Assembly: GCA_027923505.1 (NCBI GenBank)
Contig: BROI01000025.1
Span: forward strand, 62,001-126,000
DNA from: Mayamaea pseudoterrestris
Lineage: Eukaryota
Direction of reading: 5' to 3'
DNA: 64,000 nucleotides
In this document: positions 44,596 through 54,863 of the stretch, piece after piece
Layout of the letters: each line of letters starts with the position of its first letter
Numbering within the stretch: position 1 is the stretch's first letter
Position numbers and translations under genes: made by a program
The notes under the pieces: model-generated
Database searches by the model: none
Told to the model about the DNA's origin: nothing
What the model saw: the letters and a program-made list of their open reading frames with translations, nothing else

Positions 44596-47500
44596 CACTC
44601 CTTTGGGCCGAGTAGTACTTACTGCTCGAGGCCAGATTCATAACCAGGTTGCGGAGCTTTCCAAACTGGGCTCCCTGCAATGGTTTCGTAAAGAAATCCG
44701 CGACCATGTCTCCGGTCGGACAATGCTCAATGTTGACTTCACCAGCAGCCACGCGATCCTTCACAAAGAAGTACCGAACATTCATGTGTCGTGTGCGCTT
44801 TGTACTTGAGCTTCTGCCATTCTTTTCCAACAGCATTGAACTCATATTGTCTTGATACAATTTCATGTCCTTGACCCCGAAACCTTGCGCCTTCAGAAAA
44901 TATCCTGTCCACAGCAACTGCGGTAGCACATCATGAACTCCCACGACTTCACTCTCCGTCGAGCTTCTTGTTACCAACTTCTGTTTAGCCGACGTGCTGT
45001 ACACTGACCCTTGACCAAGTGTCATTGTTCCACCAGTGTGACCCTTCATGTCTGGGTGTACCGCGTACGACGCATCGACCCACCACTGGACTATTCCGGA
45101 CTGGTCCGCCTTCAGCGTCAAAACCATGTCCACGCTCCCGCGTAAATACTTCACCACTCTTGCAGCCTTCTTATAGTCGTCTTCGTCCGGCTGCTGCAAC
45201 CTCGTGCTCAAGAAAGAAATTGCTGTGCGAATGTCCGGTCGCGCACGCTGGCTCAGGTACAGACACTGCATCACAATTGTCACAAAAATGCTCTTCTTTT
45301 CTTCGCTCAGCATGACTGGATTTTCCGAAATCTGAAACAAGTGACTGGCCGCCGGAGTCGCTGCCGTTCCATCCATGTCGCCTGGCGCATGATGGAGCAC
45401 ATTCTTCACATAGTCAATCATGTTGATTGCTACTTCTCCAGGCTTAGTATAGTCCAATACCATGCCGAGGTAATCGTGTACTTTTCCACGTGACTTGTTC
45501 ATTGGAGTCTCCTTACCGAACTCCTCATCCATCTGCGCGATGAACTCATCCACGACGCTCACTTCAATGTGCGAAATCTTCAAATCATCCACGTGCCACC
45601 CCACGGTGATTTGCTTTCCATTGACCATCTTGTTACACACACATGGATCGTACGGGTTCTTCTCAAAGCCCCACTCGAGCAATTTTGCAGACAACTTCTC
45701 CCAGAATAGTCGCGCTGCTCGCAGTGTGCCGTAAAGTGCCATGAGTAATTCAACGTACATGACTTTCTCGCCGTTCTCCATTGTGACGCAAGGCTCGTAC
45801 ATTTCGCGATCAATCTCCAACAGTAGCTCCACCATCTTCCCAGTGAAACGAACGTGCACCAACTCGTCCATTTCCGCTTGCATGAACGCGCCCGGAACAT
45901 CAACCACAGCAACCTCGCGTCCTTCCATAGCGTCAATGATTGCCGTCAGAAAAATGGCCTCAGTCGCTATCGTGGGAGATGCCGCATCTTCCTTTGCAGT
46001 GTACGCTCGTTGCTTGCGTCCATCTGCACATCCGCGTCCCTTCACAGTTCCGCACCTCTTGCGCTTGAGAAACATCAAATATGCCAGCGCGTCCTTACGC
46101 TGCTGTGGAGTCAAAGTGCACTGGGGGACTGCCTTCATGACGTGCCTATCGTGTAGCTGCTGCATTTCCTTGCGCACTGCCTCCACTCCAGCATCGCCAA
46201 ACGCCTTCAAACCTTGCCGCATATTCATCTGTGCCGTGACGAGTGGCTCCGACACTTCCTCTGCAGCGTCGAGCGTGAACAAATGAGCGAACGATCGAGG
46301 TTTGCGCGCACGCAGGCCATACCGACCAGTGCGTGGGCCATAGCGCGCTTCGAAATCCTCTTCATCTGCAGCAGCTGGCACTCCTTCAATTTCGCCTTCA
46401 TCGGGCACTCCTTCAATTTCGCCATCATCCATGGCCGGCGCGTCGTCAAGTTCGCCGTCAATGGCTTCACCATCCTCATCGTCCGGCACTCCTTCAATTG
46501 CGCCGTCAGCACTATCGTCGTCGTCGCTGTCGTTGTCGTCATCGGTCGCATTCACTCCTTCGCTTCCGCCGGCAGAGTCGTCGTCGCCGCGAGAAGCGTC
46601 GTCATCGTAATCAGAGTCATCATCATCCTCGTCGTCATCATCGTGCCACATGACTGGCTCAGCAGCCTCCGCAACACGGTGGCGGTCCATGAACATGATG
46701 CCCGGATTGGCCTTCTGTTGACGAGCGAGACGATGCACGCGCTCAATGACATCATCAGGCATGGGCAAAGGCGTAGCGTGGCCACGATTCAGAATTTTGC
46801 CCGAGGACAAACTGAGGAAATAAAACCCGCCCTGCACATTACCAGTCGGGCGCAGAGCCAGCGCACCAATCGTGCGCGCCTGCATGTCATTGCTGTGCGA
46901 CTCATGCGTTTGCACATACTGACCGAATTCATACTTGCAATGCCGATTAAAGTCAACTGTCTGACCAGTCACAATGGTACGTGGACTGAGATCCTTCGAA
47001 ATGCCACGCTCGTTCGGAAACGCATTCAGCCAAAACACGGCAGACTTCGTCATTTCGATAACCAATCGTGCCGGCACGTGCTTAAACGGCAACGTGTTGT
47101 ATGTCGCGCGCACCCGTTCCTTCACGACACGGATAAAACGTTCGATTTCGCCAACGTGCTCATCCTCAGACGTCGCATTGAGCGCCACTCCGAGATCAGC
47201 CAACGCGCCAAGCATTGGAGCGAACTCCCCATCCATCAGAGCCGCGACGACACGGAACCCACCGCGTGCGTAAATCTTCAACACAGACTCGATTGCCTTC
47301 AACATAACCGGAAGCGTACGGTTTTGAATCACCTCGACCGTAGCAAAACGAATGCTGCGGGAGAACGTCACCAACATAGGGACCTTGTTGATATACATGA
47401 TGTCTGCACAAAGAGTAACGTCTCGATAGCGACTCATGATAGCCGGTGGAAGCTGCTCAACAATCGCAGGCTTCACCAGATGCGACGCGCGACGTGTCGT

Positions 47501-48630
47501 CTTTCCTTTTAACGAGCCAACATCGGGTCCAAAGATGTGTTCAGCCGCCAGGATGTCGGCTTTTGTCACGGGGCAGTTCGGCAACTGATTGCTAGTAACG
47601 ATGCGCAGGTAATCCTTGAGGCTTGGCCGTCCAATTTTGATTTGCAATTCCCTAGCTCTAACAGCGCGTAAATAGTCATCATTGGTGTAGTTAGTACGGT
47701 TATCGTCTACCGTAGTCAACATCGCCACTCCATCCTTGACATCGCCGCGCTTGCCCTTCGAAAAACTCTCGCATACATACAGCCCAGAGTCAGTCTCGAC
47801 AAACTCTCGCTGCTTACCGTCCGGCTTCTCCACGACGAACCTTGGACGCTCCACGCCGTGCATGAGATACTCCACGGTAAACTTCTTCCGGACTTGCGCC
47901 AAACTCAAAATGTTCGCCAGCCCCTGCGGATACCACCATACCGGACCATAGCCCTCCAAGTCGCCCATCATGTTCGTCCTCACTGTACCAGCATTGCACT
48001 TGATCACCATCCACGTCGGTACCGGGCGAATGTTCGTCAGCATCTTGGCGTTGCAGAACAGATCCACTGTCGACTGATTGTCCAAGAGCACGGCCTTCTT
48101 CGAAATGTTCACTTTCGACTTCGGCGGCTGCGCGAACATGTAGCCAATCTCGTCGTCGTCGTCGCTATCTTCCTCGCTACCCAGCGTGAAGTGCTGCGCT
48201 CCACTAGCCTCTGCAGCCGGCGCACTCTCCGTAGACTCCGTTCTAGTAGGACAGTCTCGCTGCACATGGCCAACCTGTTGGCAGATCCAGCATCTGGGAG
48301 GGTCACGCGCGGTACCAGTCGTGTGGAACGCCACGCCCTCGTTCGTTGGCAGCGTGGCTTCGCCATCTGCGTGCTCACGACGCTGCATGATGTTGTACGC
48401 ATCGTGGATCGTCAACGGGAAGTTGTCATGCCCGTCGAGATAGCAGTTGCGCAAGTGCTTGCAATACCCAGCGTACTCGCCCGTCGCGCCACGCACGAAA
48501 AGCATTGCAAGCTCGAGCTCCTCGGCGGCCTTGATGTCCTCAGCGGTCGCCTGAGTACGGTTGTCATCCTTGGCAATGTTCGACGCGACAATATCATTGT
48601 GCATCGTGACGCCAACTGCCTTCGCGACAA
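44525..48630 (-). CDS. pol: Copia polyprotein: gag C-terminus/zinc knuckle, aspartic protease, integrase, reverse transcriptase, RNase H (open frame running into the 3' LTR)
   Basis: CWICQQVGHVQRDC; LLDNQST; ADIMY..MDGEF..EHVGEIER (DDE); VVDVPGAF..LYG..WHVDD; WVDASY..SSTESE..QDN..ADFFTK. Confidence 0.95.
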
Positions 48631-49320
48631 CTCGGCTTGAATGTCCACGACTTGATCCACAAGTTTGCAGCGCCCTTCGTACGTATGCGAGATCTCCTTG
48701 ATGATCGCCAGCAACTGAATTCCGTCCGTTTCCTCCTCGGCGTCTCGGAACTTGGCATGCTACTTGACACGATCCTTCATACGCTCCGTGCATTGTCCAT
48801 ACAACACGGCGTAGAGTCCAGCGAGGAAGTCGGAGTACACACGCACGCGCTCGACATGTTCTTTCTTGTCGGCCTTGTATTCCTCAAGCATAATGGACCA
48901 GTCTCCATCCGTCGTGTCGTCAGCCTTGACTGGACGCGCAGGCTCGGCAGGAATTGCCAGTTCCACGTTGCGCATCCCCTTGAGCAGCTCCTTGGTATAT
49001 TTCTTGTAGGAGCGCCCGACGAAAGTGATGATCTCGTTCGTCGTTCAAATGAATCCATCGGGATCGCGCGAACCGTTGTAATCGTAGATGAAACCAGCGA
49101 GCGTCGGCTCGCTTCCTTGGAAATTTCCACTCGGCGCACGAATCGGTCCGTTGAGTCTGTTTCCATTGCCGTTGCCTTGGTTCCCGGCACGAGTCCCAGC
49201 TCGAGTACCTCTACGGTGACGGTTACGTCGGCTTCCTTCGCTTGCTGGCAGAGCGGGAGGTGCACCTCCACCGCTCGACGCCGTTCCTGTCGTCGGAGTA
49301 TTGCTCGTCGTCGAAGACAT
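48630..49320 (-). pseudogene. gag: Disrupted N-terminal gag
   Basis: ORFs 49045..49320, 48760..48975 and 48412..48714 share one frame interrupted by TGA (49045-49047) and TAG (48760-48762); a frame change near 48630 is needed to join pol. Confidence 0.8.
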
Positions 49321-49558
49321 TTCTTTTCACTCCCTTCTTGGAGAAAATGTTGGATCTAGAATATATCTTGCGCGCCCTTGAAGCGACACTAATGATTAAG
49401 CAGAACAGAGTCAATAAAACCACTTTACTTATTTTCTCCAAGAAGTGATCGTCCTCGATCCACTCCTTCGGTTGCCGCTTACCGCGCTTACTTAAATGTG
49501 ACCGTCTTCGTGACGTCACTAGCAGGTATGCAACAGAAAGTAGTATCACTATGCCGTT

Positions 49559-49628
49559 AAAAGTAGCGCACCTCGGAATCGAACCAAGGATAACCGGCTA
49601 TATCACCTCTAAACACGCTGCTACTTTT
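49559..49628 (-). ncRNA. tRNA-like Pol III module in the TRIM LTR (copy 1)
   Basis: B box GGTTCGATTCC within a CCTTGG/CCGAGG stem, imperfect A box, closing AAAAGTAGC/GCTACTTTT stem, TTTT terminator; not a complete cloverleaf. Confidence 0.45.
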
Positions 49629-50029
49629 CCGTCTGCTAGTGTACTATATGCTGCATACAAGGCACCATGCACTATGACAAGTAAAGGTATCGCTCTGGTT
49701 GCTGTTTTTCGTGTGCAACCTGCTACTCCCCTAGCTTTGCGCGTCATAGTGCTAACTCGTCTTCCGTTTCAGCTGGCATTTTCGTCTCGCGGGGGAATGT
49801 CACTTTTCAGTTTTTCCTGCGGCGTTTCGGGCTCGGCGCATCTTTGTGCACTCCCCAGGGTCCGCGACTCCCCATCGTTCGTTCGTGACAAACCCGTGCA
49901 ACCAGTGAATTTTTTGCTTTTTCTTCGCTTGATTCGATCGCAACTCGAACCAGCAGCCTCAGTCCAGATCTCTCGATAGGGACGCTACCATAGCAGGTAT
50001 GCAACAGAAAGTAGTATCACTATGCCGTT

Positions 50030-50099
50030 AAAAGTAGCGCACCTCGGAATCGAACCAAGGATAACCGGCTATATCACCTCTAAACACGCTGCTACTTTT
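50030..50099 (-). ncRNA. tRNA-like Pol III module in the TRIM LTR (copy 2)
   Basis: Identical to 49559-49628. Confidence 0.45.
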
Positions 50100-50301
50100 C
50101 CGTCTGCTAGTGTACTATATGCTGCATACAAGGCACCATGCACTATGACAAGTAAAGGTATCGCTCTGGTTGCTGTTTTTCGTGTGCAACCTGCTATCAC
50201 CGCTGCCGCTTCGGTTTGGGTTCTCATCCATGCTCAACAATGGTCATCGGTGAACGGCGTGCGTCGAAGGCAAGGAATCGCACACTTCGAACTTTTTTCT
50301 C

Positions 50302-50328
50302 TGACCACTTGGAAATTCCAAGTGGTCA
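50302..50328. repeat. Perfect 27-bp palindrome (13-bp arms)
   Basis: TGACCACTTGGAA-A-TTCCAAGTGGTCA. Confidence 0.85.
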
Positions 50329-50749
50329 TAGGGTCAAGCTGACCACAGTGGTTTTTCGAAGTTGGTGACGTCACATTAGGATATGTTGCTTCGAAACTTC
50401 GAACTTTGAAGTTTTGAAAAGTAGTCCAATGGGCACCTTAGTGGCGCAAGGACGCCCAATGTGTTCCAAATGCCAGAAGTGTTCCTTTAATCGAGCACGA
50501 GTACGCCACTTTGTGTCAGATAAAGACTGCTTACGCAATAGTTTAAGTTTCCAGTGGCAAAGTCGTTGATAGCGTGTATATAAGCCTGTCGTGACGAAAT
50601 AGTCATTGTCTACATGTTCTTTTAGCCTCCAAGATCAATCGGCCCAAGGATTCAGTGAGGCAATAATCTTTTCATGGAGTATGACCGACTCAGCCTTGAA
50701 CCTCCTCTTCACACTTTCTCTTTTTCGAAGAGTCGGTTGCATCTTAAAC

Positions 50750-53700
50750 ATGATCAAAAGCTCTTTCTTTACCCTAGCATTCGTGCTGGGTGTGTCTAAC
50801 CATGCCCATCTTGTCGAAGCAGGCAGTACGTATGAATGCCAGCGTGATAACGAGGACGCCGCGTGATGGATCGCAAAGTAGTTAGTGCAATGATCCGAAA
50901 TTATATTCTTCTGCTGACTCGCCATTTCGCTCTGCCTACACTACAGAACCTGTCAAACCCTCTCCAAAACCACCAACGCGAGCACCAATTGATAAACCCA
51001 CAAAACCACCGACCAAAGCTCCGACATATGCGCCGGTCCAGATGAGAGCATTTGCTGGCGACGCTTCTACTGTGAGTTGCTAAAATTGGTCATTATACTT
51101 CCGCAAGTCTCGTTTCGCCATTATCGGCAAATTCTCACCATTAGCTCTTCATTCACTGTCTTTTTCGCCTTGCTTTAGCTTGTTACCGGCATTGGCAAGG
51201 CATCGACGGAGTTTTTCATCCCCATGCCAGAGACAGTCTTATTCGAAAAGACATTCAAGGCCATTTCAAGGGACTCGGCTGGACCAGTCAACACTTTGAT
51301 TTCGGTCACAATCTCCACCAACGGCACCATTGTCTACTGGGACCACTGGGAGGATGGCTATGAGAATCCTTCCGCCGCCTCAATGCAACCCACCACGGAA
51401 GTTTGGGGCGACGGCAACGCCGCTAACGGATGCGCACCTCGAAAAGGGGTTTCTTGCACCAACGCAAATGACAAGCTTTTCGCTGGACAGGCCATTGTCA
51501 TTCAAAACGACGTCTACACGCCCCGCGCTGCAACGGGTGCGCCGAGAGTCTACGACGGAGGCGACAACGTCAAGGCCACCTACCCAGTTGCCATGACTCG
51601 TGGCGCTTATCCAGATGCACCAGGATCGTTGTTGGCGGGTGCAGTTGAGGTCTACGACACAAGCTATGGTTGGGGAACGGACTTTTTCTCGCCAGTGGGA
51701 ATCAACGCTGACATTGCGACCGGAGCATTTGGATATGTTGCCATGTACTGTCAAGCCAAGGAGGATAATACGATTGTTGAGTTTAACGGAGGCTCCACCA
51801 AGACTCTCAAAAAGGGAGAGACAATTCTCTTTGAGAATGTCCGGGTCGCCGATCGGGTCACGTCCTCCAAAAGTATTCAAGTTGATGTCATAACGGGAGA
51901 TCCGGGATCAACCTACGAAATGCGCTGGTACGTTATCTCGGAAATGAAATTGTCAGTACAACGCATCACTCACATTTGCCTCTTTGTGTTGCTCTTCGCA
52001 CATATAAAGGTACGCGCTCTTGCCACGCAACATGTACTCAAAGAGCTATGTTGGACCAGTCGGAAACACAAAGGTAGGTTCTTCAGGTTTCTAGTTATTA
52101 ACCAGCGTGATGATATAATTGCACGTTTTGACCCAGCAAATTTTTGGATCAAAAAAACACTTCGACTCAATTTATTTTGTCTTTGTACCGTCCTTGATCG
52201 TTCCAGGGTGGCGTCGGGTACGTCATTTTCAATCCCAACCCATTCAGCGTTACCGCCGACTACAAGTGGAGTGTTTCTGGTACCACCAGGTCAGCTTCAC
52301 TGAGCATTCCAGCTCGCTCCAACCGTATGACTCAATCAATACCATCTGGAACAGGGGTTTTCATTGATTCCGATGACGGTGACATCCTAGCTTTTTCGGT
52401 CATTGATATTGACGAGACTGGCCAGCTCTTTGATTGGGGATTCCCGGTGCAGCCTCGAGACGCACTGACACCGCAGGTCCTCATTGGTCTAGGATTCGGG
52501 TAAGTAGAACTTTTGGTGTCCGCGAGCGTGAGTCGCGCACATTGGTCGAAATATCAAGCGCTTGCTTCATCCACTTCAAGTTATGTGTTTTCGCCAGTGC
52601 TTACAACTGGTAGCCGAACTTTCTAATCTTCTTTCTTTCTTTTTTCTTTCTTTTTCTGTAGTTGCACAAACAATGCATGCGACTATAGAGGCGTGCGGTC
52701 TGTTGTTTGGGTCACCTCGGTGGCCGATGCTGATCTCTACATTGACTACGACAACGATGGGACTGTCGACGAAAAACGTTCAATCAAGGCCTTAACAAGC
52801 AATTTGGTATACAACAGCAAAACCAGAGACATGAGTGGCGCATTCATATTTGCAACCACGCCAAATTCTGGTCCTTTGGGCACACCAAGTGAGTCGGCCT
52901 CTGCCTTTGTCTATCGTAACTCATAACCCCCTGCTTATTGCTCCCTACCATTCATGACTTTCAATTTTCTCACACGAACGATCACACATCACACTTATCT
53001 CTTAACAAAAGTTAACCTTGCAGCTGCCTGGGGACAGAATCCCGATTTCTCCTTCAGTGGTGATGATTATGCCCTTGACCTAGGAACGCTTGTTGTGCCG
53101 TTTCCTTCCATCAAAGTCAGCAAGCACATTGAGCTGACGGGCGACGCTAACGGTGACGGCGAATACACTGCTGGCGACACGGTCACATACACAATCCGCA
53201 TTGTTAATCAGTCTCCGCGTGAGATTGCCGCTGGAGCATTTACCATTTTGGATCCAGTTTTGAGCCAGATGTCCTACATCACCGGCTCTACCAGGTACAG
53301 CTGCGGGCTTGGAGCCGTTTCATCGACCGTACCGGATGGAACGACGGGTACAAAGTTTCCATTGGACGAGGTGGGCCTTCTTTCAAGATGCTTATTGAGT
53401 TCAAAGGGCGGTGAACACGCTGTCTCATTTCAGGCCAAGATTCTTGATACTGCCGTCAACGAGTTAAAGAATGCTGGAATCCTGAAAAGTAATGTCTGCG
53501 GAGATCTTCCGTTTGAGGTCACCGTCCCGCTGGTGGTTCCACCTACAGAGTCACCTACCAAGAGTCCGACGCTTGCTCCATCCCTTCCCCCAATTTCAGT
53601 AGGCGCCAAGGGCTGCTATGCTACCTTCACAACTGGGTCAATGATCAGCTGCTTTCCTTCAAAAGCAGGGCAACATTACAATGCAGGACAAGTGTGTACT

Positions 53701-54549
53701 GAGCTTTTGAATGGCGATAATGGTGACTCAGTCAAGATCACATATGATACCACTGGAAGCAACTACTGCTTGACGGAAGTCCAAGCTTACTTTGGTGACA
53801 CAATCCCTGCCAACAAAGCGGGCAATCCTATGATAGGCAACTTTCCAGCAAAATCCACCATGAATGGGTCTTGCATCAAGACCTACACACTTCAAACACC
53901 TCTGGTTCCGGGATGTGCTGCTGGTGCTGAATTCATGAATCGCGTTTACAAGTTTGCTGCTCATTCTCATGTTCAATTTGCGGATGGTTCAGGTGGGCAA
54001 ACAGCGTGGACCGATGGTAAAGATATTACCACTGGAGGAAGCTGGGCAATGTACTCTGAAGCTGCATTGAACTGCAAGTGTGTGGCACCGACAAAAGCTC
54101 CAACACGCAGCCCAACAAAACTGCCAACGGGGAAACCAACTGGCAAGCCCACCAAGAAGCCCACGAGCAAGCCAACCGGAAAACCAAGTAAAGCTCCAAC
54201 AGGCAAGCCTACAAAGAAGCCAACTGGAAAACCAAGCAAAGCTCCAACAGGCAAGCCCACCAAAAAGCCTACGGGCAAGCCCACCAAGAAGCCCACAGGC
54301 AAGCCCACCAAGAAGCCCACAGGCAAACCAACTGGTAAACCAAGCAAAGCTCCAACAGGCAAGCCCACCAAAAAGCCAACTGGCAAGCCTAGTAAAGCGC
54401 CAACTCAAGTCCCGACTTTACCGCCTAAAATCACGTTTGCGCCGCCCTATGAAGGAAACTGTCCCGTCCCAAGCAATCGCAAGGTTCTGGAATTGTCGAG
54501 TAGCAAGAGACAGGTCGATCACTCGAACCGTCGTCACCGCGAGCGTTGA
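50750..54549 (+). CDS. Secreted multi-exon paralogue: bacterial-surface-protein-like N-terminal region, DUF11-like repeat, one Cys-rich domain, PTGK/PTKK mucin tail
   Basis: Signal exon [25 protein letters not shown] paralogous to 38799; YWDHWEDGYE..EVWGDGNAANG; VSKHIELTGDANGDGEYTAGDTVTYTIRIVN; Cys domain near-identical to 42710-43200; internal exon boundaries not all resolved. Confidence 0.8.
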
Positions 54550-54863
54550 AGAAGCGACCTTTCCTTTCAAAAGTCACGCACTAAAAATAAGTATCTACTA
54601 ACAATGGAGTAGACAATATACATCAAATGCAAATATACTTAGTAGAGTGATATCCATCAAGTACTTGGTTGTTGGACCATGGCTCAACTTGGACCATTTC
54701 CTTTTTGAACAAGCGCCCTTACCATTTTCAATTGTCACATACGCCGCTTGTCCCGCCATGAGTAGCAGCTTTTTGCGGCCTCTTAACTAGCAAAATTGAA
54801 GCAAGCATCCTTTGTTGTAAATTACTGCCTCAAACACAGATTCGTTTCGATCGCTATGCTCTA

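Larger units (their letters stand above)
49520..50196 (-). mobile_element. TRIM (terminal-repeat retrotransposon in miniature), 677 bp: LTRs 49520-49725 and 49991-50196, 265-bp non-coding interior, 4-bp TSD TCAC
   Basis: Two identical 206-bp direct repeats with TAGCAGGT...ACCTGCTA ends; on the minus strand a PBS (TGGTAGCG) follows the 5' LTR directly and a PPT (AGGGGAG) precedes the 3' LTR directly. Confidence 0.9.
44385..50239 (-). mobile_element. Ty1/Copia LTR retrotransposon (diatom CoDi-like), 5-bp TSD ATGGT
   Basis: TGTTG...CAACA LTRs at both ends; ATGGT at 44380-44384 and 50240-50244; domain order PR-IN-RT-RH; purine-rich AAAGGAG tract just before the 3' LTR. Confidence 0.95.
49348..50239 (-). 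repeat. Copia 5' LTR, interrupted by a nested TRIM
   Basis: LTR pieces 49348-49519 and 50197-50239, with TCAC duplicated around the insert. Confidence 0.95.

Noticed and set aside
46214..48640. 432-aa and 260-aa + strand ORFs
   Set aside because: Antisense shadows of the GC-rich Copia pol
48631..48793. N-terminus of the 1422-aa ORF (MHGAYEG..) as the true polyprotein start
   Set aside because: The gag-like frame upstream is a different frame beginning at 49320; this stretch is an off-frame extension
49559..49628. Bona fide tRNA gene
   Set aside because: No proper D arm or 7-nt anticodon loop, and the A-B box spacing is short; kept only as a tRNA-like module
49551..50342. Two ORFs starting MPLKVAHLG
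   Set aside because: They start inside the duplicated TRIM LTR and diverge at its boundary; no coding evidence
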